From: Blastocystis sp. Blastoise
Lineage: Eukaryota > Protista > Bigyra: Opalinata
Assembly: GCA_039096225.1 (NCBI GenBank)
Contig: JBBPEB010000026.1
Location: 1-64,000, forward strand
Direction of reading: 5' to 3'
DNA: 64,000 bases
Shown: positions 25,901 through 40,995 of the stretch, in pieces
Numbering within the stretch: the first letter of the stretch is position 1
How the letters are laid out: every line of letters starts with the position of its first letter
The notes under the pieces: generated by a model
What the model was told of the DNA's origin: nothing
The model's database searches: none
The model's input: the letters and a program-made list of their open reading frames with translations, nothing else
Translations under genes and position numbers: made by a program

Positions 25901-26800
25901 CTCTTTTATATTTCTCTGTTATTCTTTATATATATAATAATACGATCTGAACCTAAATATAAATAAATATAAATCTATTCATATATATTAAATAAAAACA
26001 ATATATATATATATATGTATATAAATTCTTCTTAATAATAATAAAAATATTTTAATATACCATAATATTTAATTAAAATTGTTTTAAACATTATTTTCTA
26101 ATTAAAATTTCCTATATAGGCAATAAATAAGATTAAAAATACAATAACAAAAAATATACATATAAAAAAAGTATTGAAATAATAAATAAATTTTATACAT
26201 ATATAATAAAATATTGAATTACCAAATTAACAGTAGATATACTGTAAAACAACTATTCAATATATTTATATCTAGTATAATTAGATTAATATAATAAACA
26301 TATGAATTAAATAAAAAACAAAATAAAATATATATATATATGTATATAAATATTTACCTATAAGAATTTTTGAAGATTTTGTTTGTTTTATAATTTAGAA
26401 CATTCAAGACACCAGAATGACATTAAAGTATTAATTTCGATATTCTAAGCTAAAATAAATAAATAATATAAAACAATAAATATATACAAAAAGAAATGAT
26501 CTCCATTTTCTCATTTTTTTGAATTTTTTAAATTTATTCTGATTAAAAACTGTTCGTATACCTTGTGAGAATGCTCTGAATCACTCCAATTATGATTAAC
26601 CTATATATAAATAATAATAATTATCAACATTTACAATACTTTGTCGAACATATTTCTTCCTGTTTCATCACAACTAGATCATAGTCTAATAACGTCAGGT
26701 ATTGCCAATAAACTATAAATATAAATAAATAAAAATATAATTATAATTAAGTTTTCGAGTATCAAATAAAAATACATTATTACAACTATACAGGTGGCAA
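22930..26800 (-). pseudogene. Decayed large multi-exon gene, product unknown
   Basis: Exon chain with retained splice sites, for example LLAIPDVIRL*SSCDETGRNMFDK / VNHNWSDSEHSHKVYEQFLIRINLK, with many in-frame stops. Confidence 0.55.
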
Positions 26801-27329
26801 ACACTTTCTTTAATAATTAGTAAAAAAATTAAATATTAATATTAATTATTCATTCAGAATATATATTATAAAAAGTAATCTTTATTTCAAAAGAAAAATA
26901 ATAGAAAAATTTCACTTATTTTTTATATTTTTTTTCTTTTTAGAAAAACAAAATATATTTTTGGATCTAGTTGAATTACATACCCATTTTGAGAATATAT
27001 TAGATCGATTTTGTTTTTTTTCGGTTATTTTGGTACCCAAAACTGGATCTAATAAAAAAAGATTTGAATGAAATTTTATTATATATATATTATAACAGTT
27101 TACAATCCACTTCTATTTCATGTATCATCATATGTTTATCATCAATTTTATCTATCTAATATATCATTATTATAGAAATTTACATTATTTTATATTATTC
27201 AATAACTATATTTGATAATTTTTCTATTCAAATATTATCATCAATTCATTCAAATATATATTTTTATTATATTATATAACTAAATATCATATTAATCAAA
27301 TAAAAATTATTCTATTTGTATAATAATAT

Positions 27330-29560
27330 CATTAATATTGTTTTTTATAAAATTCAATATAGTACGAATAATAAATCTTAACCATTTTTATCATTCTTTA
27401 TATTATTATTATTATTTGAATTATTATTAGCAGTAGTATTAGTATCAATAATATCATTAATATTACTAATGTCTTTATGAATATCTATTTAAATATTATT
27501 ATATTATGATTATAAGATTTATTCCCTATTTCTGAATGAAACATAATATAATAGGATAATGAAGAATATTTAGTAGCTCTTCAACAAATAAAAATACCTG
27601 TAGAAGAGAGAAATGAAGGAGAAATAGGATAAGTAATACCCTCATTATTATTTATATTCATATTATTATTATTATTATTATTATAAAAATTAGTTTTGAT
27701 TGTTAGCCTTGAATTTGAAGATATAGTAATAATAGTAGTAGTAACTAATAATAGTGATGGAGAATTCGGTAATGATTGAATTGGAGATAAACAAATAGTA
27801 TGACTTCTTTTAGTCTTATAATAAGAATGTATAGTAGAAGAAGTAGTAATAATAGTAGTTGCTGTTGTAATAGCAGTAATAGGAGGATCAGTCGTTATAC
27901 TGGTAATAATTGATTTAGATGAGAATGTAGGAACAGGCATACTATTAGAGTTAGTTAAATGATTCATATCAGAACTATTATTATGATAAGAAGAAAGAGA
28001 TTCTGAAGTCATAGAGAAAGAGTATATTGTGTAGATTAGATAAAGAATGGATAGTATATGATGTAGGAGGAAGACTACTACTAACAGTAATATGTATAGG
28101 ATTAAGAGGAGTAGAAATAGTAATAGTAGTAGCATTAGGAATATAAATATTATTATTAGTAGCAATTATATAATTATTATTTATATTAGTATTATTTGGA
28201 ATTATAAAATTATTATTTATATTATTATTAGTAGTAATAACAGTATTATTTGGAGAAGAGATATTATGAATAGAATGAATAAATTCAATATTATTAGTGT
28301 ATGCCATATTATTTTCATTAGTATCATTATTATTCATAATACTATTAGTATTATAAATCATATTATTAGTGTCAGTTTTCATAATCTTATGTTCTTCTTT
28401 TATGTGAATTAAGGATTGATTCTTCTCATTATATGAGATATTATTATCATTCTTTGCAGAATTATTAATAGTATAATTCTGATCTTCTGTTGATATAAAT
28501 TATGGCATATATATATTAAAAAAATGTTCTGTAGGATCTAATATATCATTTGATTGAATATTATTATTATTATCTTCATTATTATTATTATTTGAATAAT
28601 GTATATCTATAGAAGGATTAGATGAATATAAATCTATATTATATATATATTTAGAAGAAAGAAGAAGAGCAATAGGAGTATTATAATGAGTAGTTTCAGA
28701 CTGATTATGTATATATATAGATAAACTATACGATATAGTAGAAGGTAAATTATGAATAGAAGAAGAAGAAGAATGACTAAGAAGACGTAATGATGAATGT
28801 TTTGTTTTCGAAGATTCTGTTATATCTGTTAATAGTATATTATTATCATATACTGTAGATATACTATTTGAATGAAATCGATTATTTTGAGGTATTCTAT
28901 TTATACTATTCTTCTTTTTAAATAATTCTTTATCTTGAAGAATTATAGGACTTAATATATTCTTATTTATATATTCATTTTATGAATCATTGTAATGGTT
29001 TATAGCTATTTTATTAGTTAATATAAAGTTATTTGAATTATTATTATTTATTTGAATTATTATTACTATTCACAGAAATAAATTATTTATAAAACTTGAT
29101 GTATCTTCTTCATTTGCTGTAGTTAAATATGTTAGAAACAGAGAACATGTCTTTTGAGATATATATATGTATCAGAATATATATTATTTTCTTGAATAGA
29201 AGAATATGATTGAGTATAATCATTTGATATAGGTATAGTTGAAGATGATAAAGGTTGTGTTGAATAATTAGAAGAATCTGTAAATGAATGAGATGAAGAA
29301 GAAGGAATAGTAGATGAAGATCTATGTGTAGTTGTAATAGGAGAAATATTTGTATTATTAATAGAAGGAGAAGGAAAGATAGAAGGAGACATTGAACGAA
29401 GTGGAATAGATGAATGAGATTTCGGAGTTGAAAGCACAGAAAGACTTTTTCGATTCATAAATAATCGCCTTAATAATGTGTTATTCCAATGGGAAAGAGA
29501 AGCTTGATTTGGTTTATTTTTTTGTTGTGAGGATCGCATAGAAGAAGGAAATACTATAGT
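27330..29560 (-). pseudogene. Fragmented Ser/Thr/Asn-rich low-complexity coding region
   Basis: ORFs 29132-29632, 27981-28382 and 27581-28165 share composition and switch frames, consistent with one broken exon. Confidence 0.5.
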
Positions 29561-29594
29561 ATTATTATTATCTTTATTATTATATATAACAAAA

Positions 29595-30275
29595 TAGTAA
29601 TATTTATTTTTAAAGAATTTCTTCAAATTCATTCTGAATTTGTTTCATCACATTATATGCTTTAATATCATAAACTATTCTATAATCATAATATAATTAT
29701 TTAAAAAAGAATCTCATAAATTATTTTTAAATAGAAGAATATAAGTAACTACATTAATAGGAGAATAGAATAATAATATTCAAGATGCATATAATTTTTT
29801 ATGACTATAAATATATATAAATAATATATAACTATAATAAGAATAAATATAGTAATTATAACCATAATAAGAATATATATATACCTATAGAATAGTTCTT
29901 CTTCCATTTATAATCGATATTTCAATATATATATAAGTTTAGTATATTTAATAATGTTTATATCCTTCTTTTAACACTTCTAAACCATATACAACAATTT
30001 ATTTCTTTTCTTCTTAGATAATATTATATATTTTATATAAATCGATACATTTATATATTCATTAATAAGACATTTTTTAACATAAAAATAATTCAAATAT
30101 AAGCTATTTTCAAAGCTAACAATTCAAATATAATATTTAATTCATTTATTCAAAAAAATTAATTCCATTTTAAATAATAAAGACCAAATATAGTATATAT
30201 AAATATAAATAAGGATAACATTCAAATAGCTATTTAATGATTAATATTTGAATTGTTTTCTCTATCTATATATAT
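29595..30275 (+). repeat. Segmental duplicate, copy B (paralogue of 14012-14712)
   Basis: Collinear similarity with copy A, including an identical core of about 58 bp. Confidence 0.9.
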
Positions 30276-30319
30276 ATATTCTTATAAATTTTTATTGTTA
30301 GAAATATATATATATATAT

Positions 30320-31280
30320 ACATTATCAAGGTACTAAGTATATTAAATAGATCAACAGACCCAACAAATGAATTAAATGAATCATCCTCTATAGAATATA
30401 TATGTACTATATATATATATATTATTATTATTATAAATAATAGATACATATTATACAAACAATATATATATATAATATATATATTATACAATATCTTTAT
30501 ATACATCAAGTTATTGGAAACCCTTAGGAATATAATGCTTGTAAATGGGAGATATGAATTGTTGTAAGGGTAAGAATAATGATTTGAAGGCAAGAATATG
30601 AAAAGGAGGGACTTTTAGAAGATAATAATTATATAAATCTATATATATATATAATATTTGTTGATTAATAACTTTTATAAAACATTTAATTTAAAAGTAT
30701 AGAAAGAAATATATAGATTCAAAATGGTAGTTGAGAAACTACATATATGTATATATACTTGATAAAAATAGAATAATAAATATAAAGAATAAAAGATAAA
30801 TTATTAAATGTCATGAATATTCTATATAACAAAGAAGAGAGAAATATACAAAAAATGTTACACTGTTATATGTATAATAATAATTCATATATACAAAACT
30901 ATCATCTTTATAAAATGGTATTAATGAGAATATCATATAATTCTCTTCATTTAATTTAATAGTATAAACATATTCATAATGTAAAATATATTCACAACTG
31001 TTCTCTATAATAATAATATAATAATCTCTATCTTCCCTGAAACACTTTTTTACAGCAATTGTCATAAAAAATATGACACCTTTGTTATTTTTTAACAATG
31101 TAAAATAATTTTTATTCAACTGTATTATGTCTGATTTAAATGTCTTTCTGTGATAGTCACAACAAGTACCAAAAAATATTGGCAAGACACCGATATTACT
31201 TTTTATATATTTCATCAAATTTATCTTCTTTATTATTTATTCAAATTTTCTATATTATTCTATTATTCATCTATATTTAT
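30320..31280 (-). pseudogene. Decayed gene fragments, including a possible BTB-like remnant (ORF 30811-31218)
   Basis: Exon DLYNYYLLKVPPFHILAFKSLFLPLQQFISPIYKHYIPKGFQ*LD has an in-frame stop; ORF 30811 contains DRDYYIIIIENSCEYILHY, loosely BTB-like. Confidence 0.35.
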
Positions 31281-32088
31281 ACTTTTCATCATAATAAAAA
31301 CATTTTCATAATCATTCTCATTTTATAATAGTTATAAATACTATTAAAATGTTCATTTGGCTACTTTTGTAAATTGTATACTATTCATGAATTCTATACT
31401 ATTCTCAACTTATTCTTGTTTATAAACTATTTTTTTATTATATTTAAAAACTTTATTTAATTTTATTATTAATATTTAATTACATTTGTTCATTTCTTTT
31501 AAATAATATTCATTCTATATATTTATTTTAATCTTTTTTATATTTATTTTTTACAATTCAATGAATAATTAATTGTCTATTATTTAAATTGATATTAATA
31601 TATACAGTATTCCTATTATTATAGTTTATAAAAAGTATTAATTTTTTGATAAAAAAAGAATAGAAACATCTTTCATTTTATATTATTGATAACTATTTAT
31701 TGTTTTGAACCTTCAATAAGATTTTTTTATTATTTAAATAAACAATAATGTATTGATGTTTATTATTATCATAGAACTCCTAACATACATATATTTTATA
31801 GTTTTTATCCTTATGATTTATATATTATTCTTTAATATATACCTATAAAATAAATAGATGTATAAAAAAAATTTTATTAAAAAGCTATTTATTTATTCTT
31901 GAGATTATTGTATAAAAATTAATATTAATAAACTTATAATAATATAATGGTTAGAAAACAATTAACAAAACTATTTTTTATAATTTATTAATAAAAAAAA
32001 TAATATTAATATATTGAAAAAACTTTTCTCAATAAAGAAAAGAAAAATATATATATAAAAAAGAGAAATCATAATTTATTATCCTATT

Positions 32089-33652
32089 TTATGCTCTTCC
32101 CCATACTTCATAATCTTCTACTGTAAAATTATTAGTAGAATTAGCATTATTAGTATTTACAAATAATGAATGTTTTTGAGGAGTATTCACTTCAGAATAA
32201 GAATGTGCATTACAATAAGAATTAGTATTGCTATGACATTGATCAGATATATGGATATCATTGCCACCTCCAAATGTTGGACCATAAGAAGAAGAACAAC
32301 ATATACCATAGCTACTATTAATATTATCATATTTAGTAGGAGTAATACCATGTTCATTACTTAAAGTAAATAGAAATTCTTTAGAATTAGGTTTCCAACC
32401 TATATAAATGATATTGAATAATTATATAAATAAATAAATATACCATATGAACTATCCCAATTTTGATTTGTATATCCTCCAAATATATTAATATGATTAT
32501 TATGACCTTTATGTTTGATTATAGTTACTGTTTCTTCTGTATTATCACAATATTTATGAAATTCACTTAGAGAATAATAATGTTCACTTGCTCTATATAT
32601 AATGATATAATATAATAAAATAATAAATACCTAAATAATAATTTCCATTTCTTTTCTTTACCAAGCCAATTCATTAAGGGTGTAGCAAGTTCTTGATTAA
32701 TTATTGTTGATAATTTAAAACACATATTTACATTCCAGTCCATTTTTGAAGATTCTATTCCTTTATCACCAAATAAACAATAGATTTCAGTTTCTAATCT
32801 ATTTCGATCAACTTTTAAAATATCATCATCAGATATATAAATGTGATTTGTCTTTACATATTCATATATATAATCAACATATTCAAAACTCATATTCATA
32901 AACATAAAATTCTCTTTTTCATCATAATCTACATATCCATATCCATATTCATTAACAATATTATTCCATAATCCATTCTTCTTCAAATAATCTCTTAATA
33001 TACCATCTTTCTTATCATTTATATAAAGAATAACATCATCACCTTCTTCATATTTCTTAATATTGTGATCTCTTTGGTAATAAACTTTCATTAATTCTTC
33101 AGGCATAGGTAAATTACAATATTCAAGCATTCTTAATAAATCAATTTGATCACCTAATTTAAATTTATCAATATTCACTTTTTTATTCATTAAAGAATCA
33201 ATTAATAAAGGAAAAAGTGTTTCATCACCACGATAATCTAAATAAATACTTCCATCATTAGCCCTTTGATTTTCTTGGGAATATTCATAAAGAAGACTAC
33301 CCACTAAACTATTTGTTACTCTTTTAGGAAGAGAATAAACTGGACCTTTATTAGTGAATCGAATATAATCAATTCCATTATCATTATTATTCATAGTAGC
33401 ATCATATTCATTCAGAAAAGAAGATTCTTGGATAATTATATGTGGATCATCACCATTCTTATCATTCATTCCTTCACAATTTCTAGTTAATCGATTCACT
33501 AATTCATTCACGGACTCACCTGAATGAATACAGAAACTTATTGACTTACTTAAAATACCAATCAAATCACCAATCAGTCTTTCAAAATGAAATACATCCT
33601 TCTGAATATCACCCATCTTATCAGCATCAAATCCTACCTTCTCTTTCACCAT
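32089..33652 (-). CDS. BTB/POZ-like plus TLDc domain protein (3 exons)
   Basis: N-terminal DGSIYLDYRGDETLFPLLIDSL (KCTD-type BTB-like); spliced C-terminus KKWKLLFRASEHYYSLSEFHKYCDNTEETVTIIK..IFGGYT..W..FLFTL..YGPTFGGGNDI..VEDYEVWGRA* is a classic TLDc; introns at about 32593-32630 and 32400-32442. Confidence 0.9.
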
Positions 33653-35472
33653 TCTTAACAATAAAAGAAATAAAATAAAAATGAAAACTTTTTAAAAACT
33701 ATTTTTCCATCCTATAAAGAGAAACATGTCTCTCTTATTCAAAATTCTAGTTAAATAACTCAATTGTGAAATATATTTTTATAGCGTAAAAAATAATAAT
33801 AATCGTAAATATTTATAAAAAACTAGGTTTTCACCAAATCACGATTATTTTTGATTTATTGACTTTTATTTTAAAATAAATACAGATTATTTTCAATTTT
33901 TTTATTCTTTTTTTAAATCTCTATATTATTCATTTAAATTGCATTTATAATGAAAAATATTTTATTTTGTTATTTATAAATCATGTAATCTACAAGAATA
34001 ACATTAAAATAGATCAGAATAAACAAATAATTATCATTCTTCATTCCATTAGCTAAGGTAACAAGTCAATTTTATATTAAATTTAAATCAGAATGTTCTA
34101 ATAATTATAAATTACTATTCATTACTTGTAAGAATTATCATTTATTCACATTTTGGTTTCAAATCTTCTTCATAGGATCTATTTGAGCTTCAATTCATAT
34201 TCTATGTTATTTAGATAATTATAATTCACATGAATCACTGATCTAAATTATAATTATGATGTTTCTTTAGCTAATCATTCCAATTCTATCCTCGATTTAA
34301 TATTTTTATATATTTATTGCATTCATAATATAATTCTTTACCCATTCAAATTATTTTATTTCTTTCAATTTCAATATCCTTCTAGTTAATTAAAAAAACA
34401 TTATTTTTTCTATTTTTATTCTTTAAAGAAATTAATCATAATATATCTTGTACTCCTTATAATCATCATGTAAATGAGTATATTATTTCCATCCAAACAA
34501 TTATTATCACTTTTATTTTTGTATACTATTCAACAAAAAATAATTATCTAAGATACTTAACTTATATATATTTACCATATTCATCTATAGACCAAATATG
34601 ATTAGCTCACAGTACAGAACGTTTCTTATTCATTATCTTATTTAAAAAATATCAATTATATAATAAATAATTAAATTATGGTATAATAGCATATAAAATG
34701 ATTTCAAGTATAGCAAATCATATATATACATTTAATAACTGTAATTTTTAAATATATTTTACATTTATAATTAATCATAAAAATTTTTTTTTTCAATATT
34801 TATAAACATGTATAATTCTATTGGATGGTATACTATATTATTAATCTATTTATATCAAAGTCTCTATATGATATTAATTATACATATACAAAAAACTATT
34901 TGGTATTTCATATATTAAGCATGAAAAGAGATTCTTATATAAACAACATATTTCCTCTATTCTTCTACAGCTTTCTTTGAAACTTCTTTTATAATCAGTA
35001 AAACAAACATATTATAACTACATAAGAAACCCTAAAACAAATATTTTTTTAAATATGAAGAATTTGTTATTCTTTTAAAAAAGTAGATCCAAAACAGTCT
35101 TTTTTCGTTTTAATACTTCATATATAGTAGTTAACAGTTGTTAAGCATTTTTTACCAAAAATTATTTCAAATTATTTTTGTATAAGAATAAATCTTTAGA
35201 AACATTTATAGTTCTAAATGAATACCTAATAAGCACAATAAAACAATGAATTCATAACAAACAATAATATATTATTTAAAAATATCAAATACTGAAAACA
35301 ACAGCTAACATATATACTGATTATTTTTATTCCATTATTTTCAAATAAAATAATAAATTTATATATATATATAATTAATAGAAATTTAAATAAATATTCT
35401 TTTTCTTATTAAAAAAAAATAAATTATATATAAAGCAACAAAAAAAAACAAAAATAAAATAATTTACCTAAT

Positions 35473-38400
35473 TTAATCGAATTTATAATACACATGATTT
35501 TCTTGAATAAACATAGAATCAATCAATTGTTGTTTATATGAATTAATGTGTTCATCTGGAATATATTCATCTATACAAAACATTATAGATATATATATCT
35601 GTAAATATACTGATATGAATTATAAATTCTTTCAATTTTGGAATTCTTCTTGTAGTTATAAAATTGATCAATTCTAATAAGTGTTCCTCATTATAAATAT
35701 CTATAAAAAAGTATAATTTAAAATATTTATATATATGTATACATATTTCTAAACTTTTTAAACTTTTCGTCTTATTTTCATTTATACAATCAAATAATGT
35801 CTCTATTTCATATTCATTTATTGTTTTATCTACATATTATATAATACATATTAGTTACATATATGTACCTTCTGTACATTTAATTGTATCCATAAGTGAA
35901 TGAGTATCCTGTTTACATCGAAGAATAGAAGTATTAGGATCATAAATATACGTATAAGAAGAACCACCTATAGAATTAATAGCATTAATAAATAATATAG
36001 TATTATTTGGATTGACATACCAATTAATTGAATACTAGTTGATAATGGAAAGTTGTTATGATTCATATATGTGCATAATTTTTGGATAAAACCATTCCAC
36101 CAATCATTGTCTCTAAATGTTCCTATTAATATATATAATATTGAATAAAATAATATTATATAATAAAGAAATAATACACAAAAATTCATGATTTATAATA
36201 TATATCTTATTGTTACTATAAATATATACGAAACTTGATCAATTTCAACTTAGGGAAACTATCTGTAGTATATAGTTCACAAAAGTGTTCATCAGGTATA
36301 TCATCAGGGTCTATAATAATACAAATATTAAAATAAGATCAGATATGTCATGTTTTCTATTGAAACGTTTTGTTTGCAGAATATATATATACATAAAGAG
36401 AATTCAGTTATATTATGGAAACAACCTTTAAGAATCAATCTATTTATATCTGCCATATTTCCTTTATAGTTATATTTAAATTAATTAAATAATTATTATT
36501 GAACATAATCATCATATATATATATATATATAATTACCATAAATAAAAACAATAGAAGCGATAGGAATCAGTATATTCATTATGTTTTCTAATATTGTGA
36601 AATATTCAGAGAATGAGTCTTCCTTGATATAGCGTACTATATATTATCATATATTTATAATATAATATACAATTAATCGTTAATTTTTTAATAACTTTAA
36701 TCTTATTATCATTAAAAGCACTTGATATCCATTTTAAATATTCCAAACTTATATTTTCTTCAACTATAGACGTTATACAAAACATAATAATATATAATAA
36801 AGAATATACATGAAATATTTAATTCATTCAAATGTTCTAATACACTACTCTTTAAAAATCCTTCCAAAGAATTTCTTATATCATCTTCCATATTATCTAT
36901 ACATGAATATTAATACTATATATTAAATGAATACCATTGAATGTAATATCTAAACGATCAATATTATGTTTATACTTTTCAAAATAATCCAATTTTTTGA
37001 CATTTATAGAATCAGAAGTATCAACTTTATATGAATAAAAATAATATATAGCATATAAAATAATATTCTTTTAATATATATATATATATTTTATACTATA
37101 AATTTTATCAAAGGAAATAAGATTTTTCTCCAATAATTCTTTTAAATGTGGAAAACAATAAATCAATCCATCTATATAAAAACAAAGAAATGTAATTGTA
37201 TAGAGAGTGTAATACTATCAAATATATATACTACAAAGTAATGGGTTAATTTCATCAATATGAATTGAATGACTATAAACTAGGTTATCTAAAAGAGTAG
37301 CTATTTCCTTGTTATTGTTGATATCAATTCTATTTATTCTAATAGTATCAATTATTGACATTAAATCCATAGGAAAAAGGAATTCAAAATTACTAGTAGC
37401 TAGAATAAAAATAATAGTTATGTATTATATATGAAATTACTTATTGTAACATTGTAATTGATAATATGTAATTTAGGGAAGCATTCTTTTTTTATTGAAG
37501 ACAATCTGAATGGTTCTATATATCATATATACTTTATATAATATATATCTATACCATCATCATATATAATTTCAGTAACATTTGGAAATACATGTGTTGT
37601 CATTATTTTTATAAACAATTTATTATTAATTTTATCAAATAATTCTTTAACTATATTAAACAATAATATAGAGTAGTAATATTGACAATAATAACTAGAA
37701 ATACATACTCCACCTAATATTTAATGTTTTTAAAGAATCAAAGACACCTTCCAATGATTTTATAATAATCATAGCCTCATATTTTGAATAGGAATGTACT
37801 AGTGTTTGATATTATGTTTATAGTGTATTTATTTACATGTATTAAACCATATTTCTGAAATAGAAAAATAAGGACAAAGTTGTAATAATTGAGACATACC
37901 CCATTCTGAAGATACTTTATCAATACTATTTGATATATACATAAGAATAAATTAATGATATAAAAATATATATATATATGAAAATACCACAATTTTTTAT
38001 TGTTTTTGTGGTCTATATATAAGGATTATTAAAAAATGCTTGATTATATATTATAAGGATTATAAATGAAAAGTTTTAATTCTATATATATGTATAATAC
38101 TATCAAATGTAATTCTAACCGTATCTTTAAGCATATTATTACAAATCATTTCACTATTTTTGATTTCTGAATAATCATTTGTATATATAACTTCATTAAT
38201 ACTATTTTTAAATATTTTTGGTAACTTATTTTGTTTTTTTTTTTTATTATAAGAAACAATCAAATCACGAGAATAATAAATATTTTTAGTATCTAAAGAA
38301 GAAATCTTATTATAGTCATTCATTTCTGATTCGGTGTAATACTCATTTTTTTTACGTTTACTTATTTCATAGTCATCACTATAGTATAGGCGAGCATATT

Positions 38401-39252
38401 CCATTATATATTCTTCACTATTTGGATTCAATATTAATTCAGTTTGTTTACTACTTGTAGCTACTATATATATATAGTAAAACAAATGTATATATATACC
38501 ATTTATTGTTAATTCGTTTAATGAAGGGAATATATCTTTAATACACAATGGACATATATATTCTAATGGAATATCGGATGCATAATCATCTATATATATT
38601 TATTTATTATTTTAATATCTATTTACATTCAATTTCAACTATAATAATATTCATCAGTTTAATAAGTAATGAATAATAGAAGAATTCTTCTCTTCGTTGT
38701 TGTGTAAATAAGCCTATACATATTATTTGTAAATAATAATATAACTATACCTTTTATACTTATTTTTTTCCAATCTGAATCAAATAATTCAATAGGATAA
38801 TCATCATCCAACAGGTTTCTATTGTCATAACCTATAAATATCTCATAATTATTCTCTTTCAGATACTCTGCAAATAATTTTTTAATATGTAATAATAAAC
38901 ATTTTTGAGTTTTTTTATCAAGTGTAACTGAGTATTCATGAAGTGTTCTATATATATCATAACTATCTCGTAGATTTAAAGAAGAAATGTCTATATTTTT
39001 ATCATTAAACAAAGAAATAACTTTTTCTATGTGAAATGGAAGCATATTGATATAATAGCTACCATCCTTAAATTGTTCAGAGTGCTGAATAATATCATGA
39101 AAGGGTAATTGAGGATATTTCTCAATAAATTCTCCAGAAATCCATAATTGCGTCTCATCTTGAAATGTAAACAAATCTAAAAACATATATATCATTTGTA
39201 ATCATACTCACATACATTTATTTTCTGTTAATATTGATTCACTGTCTGACAT
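35473..39252 (-). CDS. Multi-exon expanded-family protein with N-terminal BTB-like domain and degenerate leucine-rich-repeat-like region
   Basis: ATG at 39252 (MSDSESILTENN), FTFQDETQLWISGEFIEKYP..DGSYYINM, repeated FPxLxxLxI motifs (IFPSLNELTIN, FPKLHIIN, FPHLKEL, FPKLKL), stop after YYKFD at 35473. Not every junction was checked. Confidence 0.7.
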
Positions 39253-40995
39253 CACTTGAATTCAACTATAATGATAACATAATCATAGATTATTATGCTT
39301 TGAAAAATCATTTCTATACATTATATCAAACAAATACTTTGAAAAATAGTTGCAAACTATAATAAATATAATGATTCATTGAAAGATGATAATAATAAAA
39401 CTTGCAAATTCCTTCTAAAAAAACATTTTGGGAAAAATTAAAAAAACGTTAATTTACACTCGATTTTCATTTTTTTTTTAATTCAATTCTTTTCAGAATA
39501 AATAATACATAAATTATTCAAATTTCAGACACTTTATTGTTCTTGCTTTTCAATCCCTATTATCAACTATTTATTTCAATTAAAATTCATTATACGTTCT
39601 TATCACCGATTTGAATATATATTTAATGAATAATACAAAAAATAATTCTAATTATCTGCGTTGAATTGTCAAAATAGAGTTTATACTTCTCTTAAACTAA
39701 GAATCTTTATATAAAACAATATAAGCATTATAAAATAGTTAGTCACTTCTTCAAATAATTCATTTTTTCACACATCTTGATTACTATTAGCAAGTTTGGT
39801 TATTAAAATATAAATGTTGATGTCTTCAAGATTGAAGTCATAGGCTCTAATGTATGAAATCACCTCTAATTGAATCTAATACATATATTTTGAAATAACA
39901 CCGTATTCAAAGTATATAGTTTCTTCGATGAATTCTATTATTATATTCAAAATATTTATTCTTGTTCTATCAAAATATGCTTATAAGTATTATCGAGTCA
40001 AAGATCCTTTTCTTTTAAGCGAAATATAGAAGAAACAATAACTTTTATATACTCGTTTTGTTAGTCTATATTATATTATATGCAATTCATTTAATAGGGA
40101 TTATTCTTGTTCTAAGAATTACTCACTTTTATTCATTTCTATAAATCTACTTAAAGTGTTATCTAATCATATTTTGTATCAGAAAACAAAAATATATTAT
40201 TCAACTTCAATAGCTATCCTTATTCAATTGTTTGTACTATACATAAATATATGTATCAGAACAAGAATCTATAACTATTTGCTATTTATTGAATACTATA
40301 ATACAAATCTTATGATAAGAAAACAAGTATTTTTCGCTTTCATAGTAAGAAAAATAAACTATATATATAGAATTATCCTACAATAAAATATTATTCATTA
40401 TAAACCTTTATAAATGTATATATATCTTTTCTTAATATCATATTATGTATATAATAATATCTTAAAAACTCATTTCTTGTGACATTTTAAAACGAAAACA
40501 CCGATAAAAACACAGACTTAACGTTATAATTGAAAAATAAACAAATTAAAAAATGACTACCAAACAATTTGAGAACTATCACAAATGCCTGTGACGATAG
40601 TTGTGAAGCAAAAATAATGATCTCAAGGAAGAAACTAATTATAATTAATACACAATTTAATTGACTTTTAGTGAATAGCCAAGTTTATGCCATTTAAAAA
40701 GAAATGGAATTAAGATAAACAAAACTCTTAAACTTTGTAAATAATTAAATAATTCTGAAACAAATAAAAATAAATGAAATAGAAAGATTGAATAAAAATT
40801 TATTAAAAAAAGATTGAATAAAAATTTTAAAAAATAAGAGAGAGAGAAGAAAGTAAGAAACGTGCAAGATATCAGAAAAGAATTTACATATAATACATTA
40901 TACTATTATTAATATATATACAGATAGACATACAGATTAAATACAAGTGAATAAAATTATAAACAAATGATGATTAATAGGTTTTTCAAGGGTCA

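Noticed and set aside
14012-30275. Direct repeats as LTRs of a retroelement
   Set aside because: No TG..CA ends recognised, no gag/RT between them, and the repeats contain intron-like splice signals.
22930-30640. Alternative genetic code (TAA/TAG as Gln) to rescue the broken genes
   Set aside because: TGA stops and frameshifts also occur, and intact genes in the window end in TAA without internal stops.
35256-35263. TGTTTGTT motif (minus strand) suggesting a polyadenylation-created stop codon as in Blastocystis
   Set aside because: The upstream gene already has a genomic TAA at 35473, about 210 bp away; all complete genes modelled have encoded stops.
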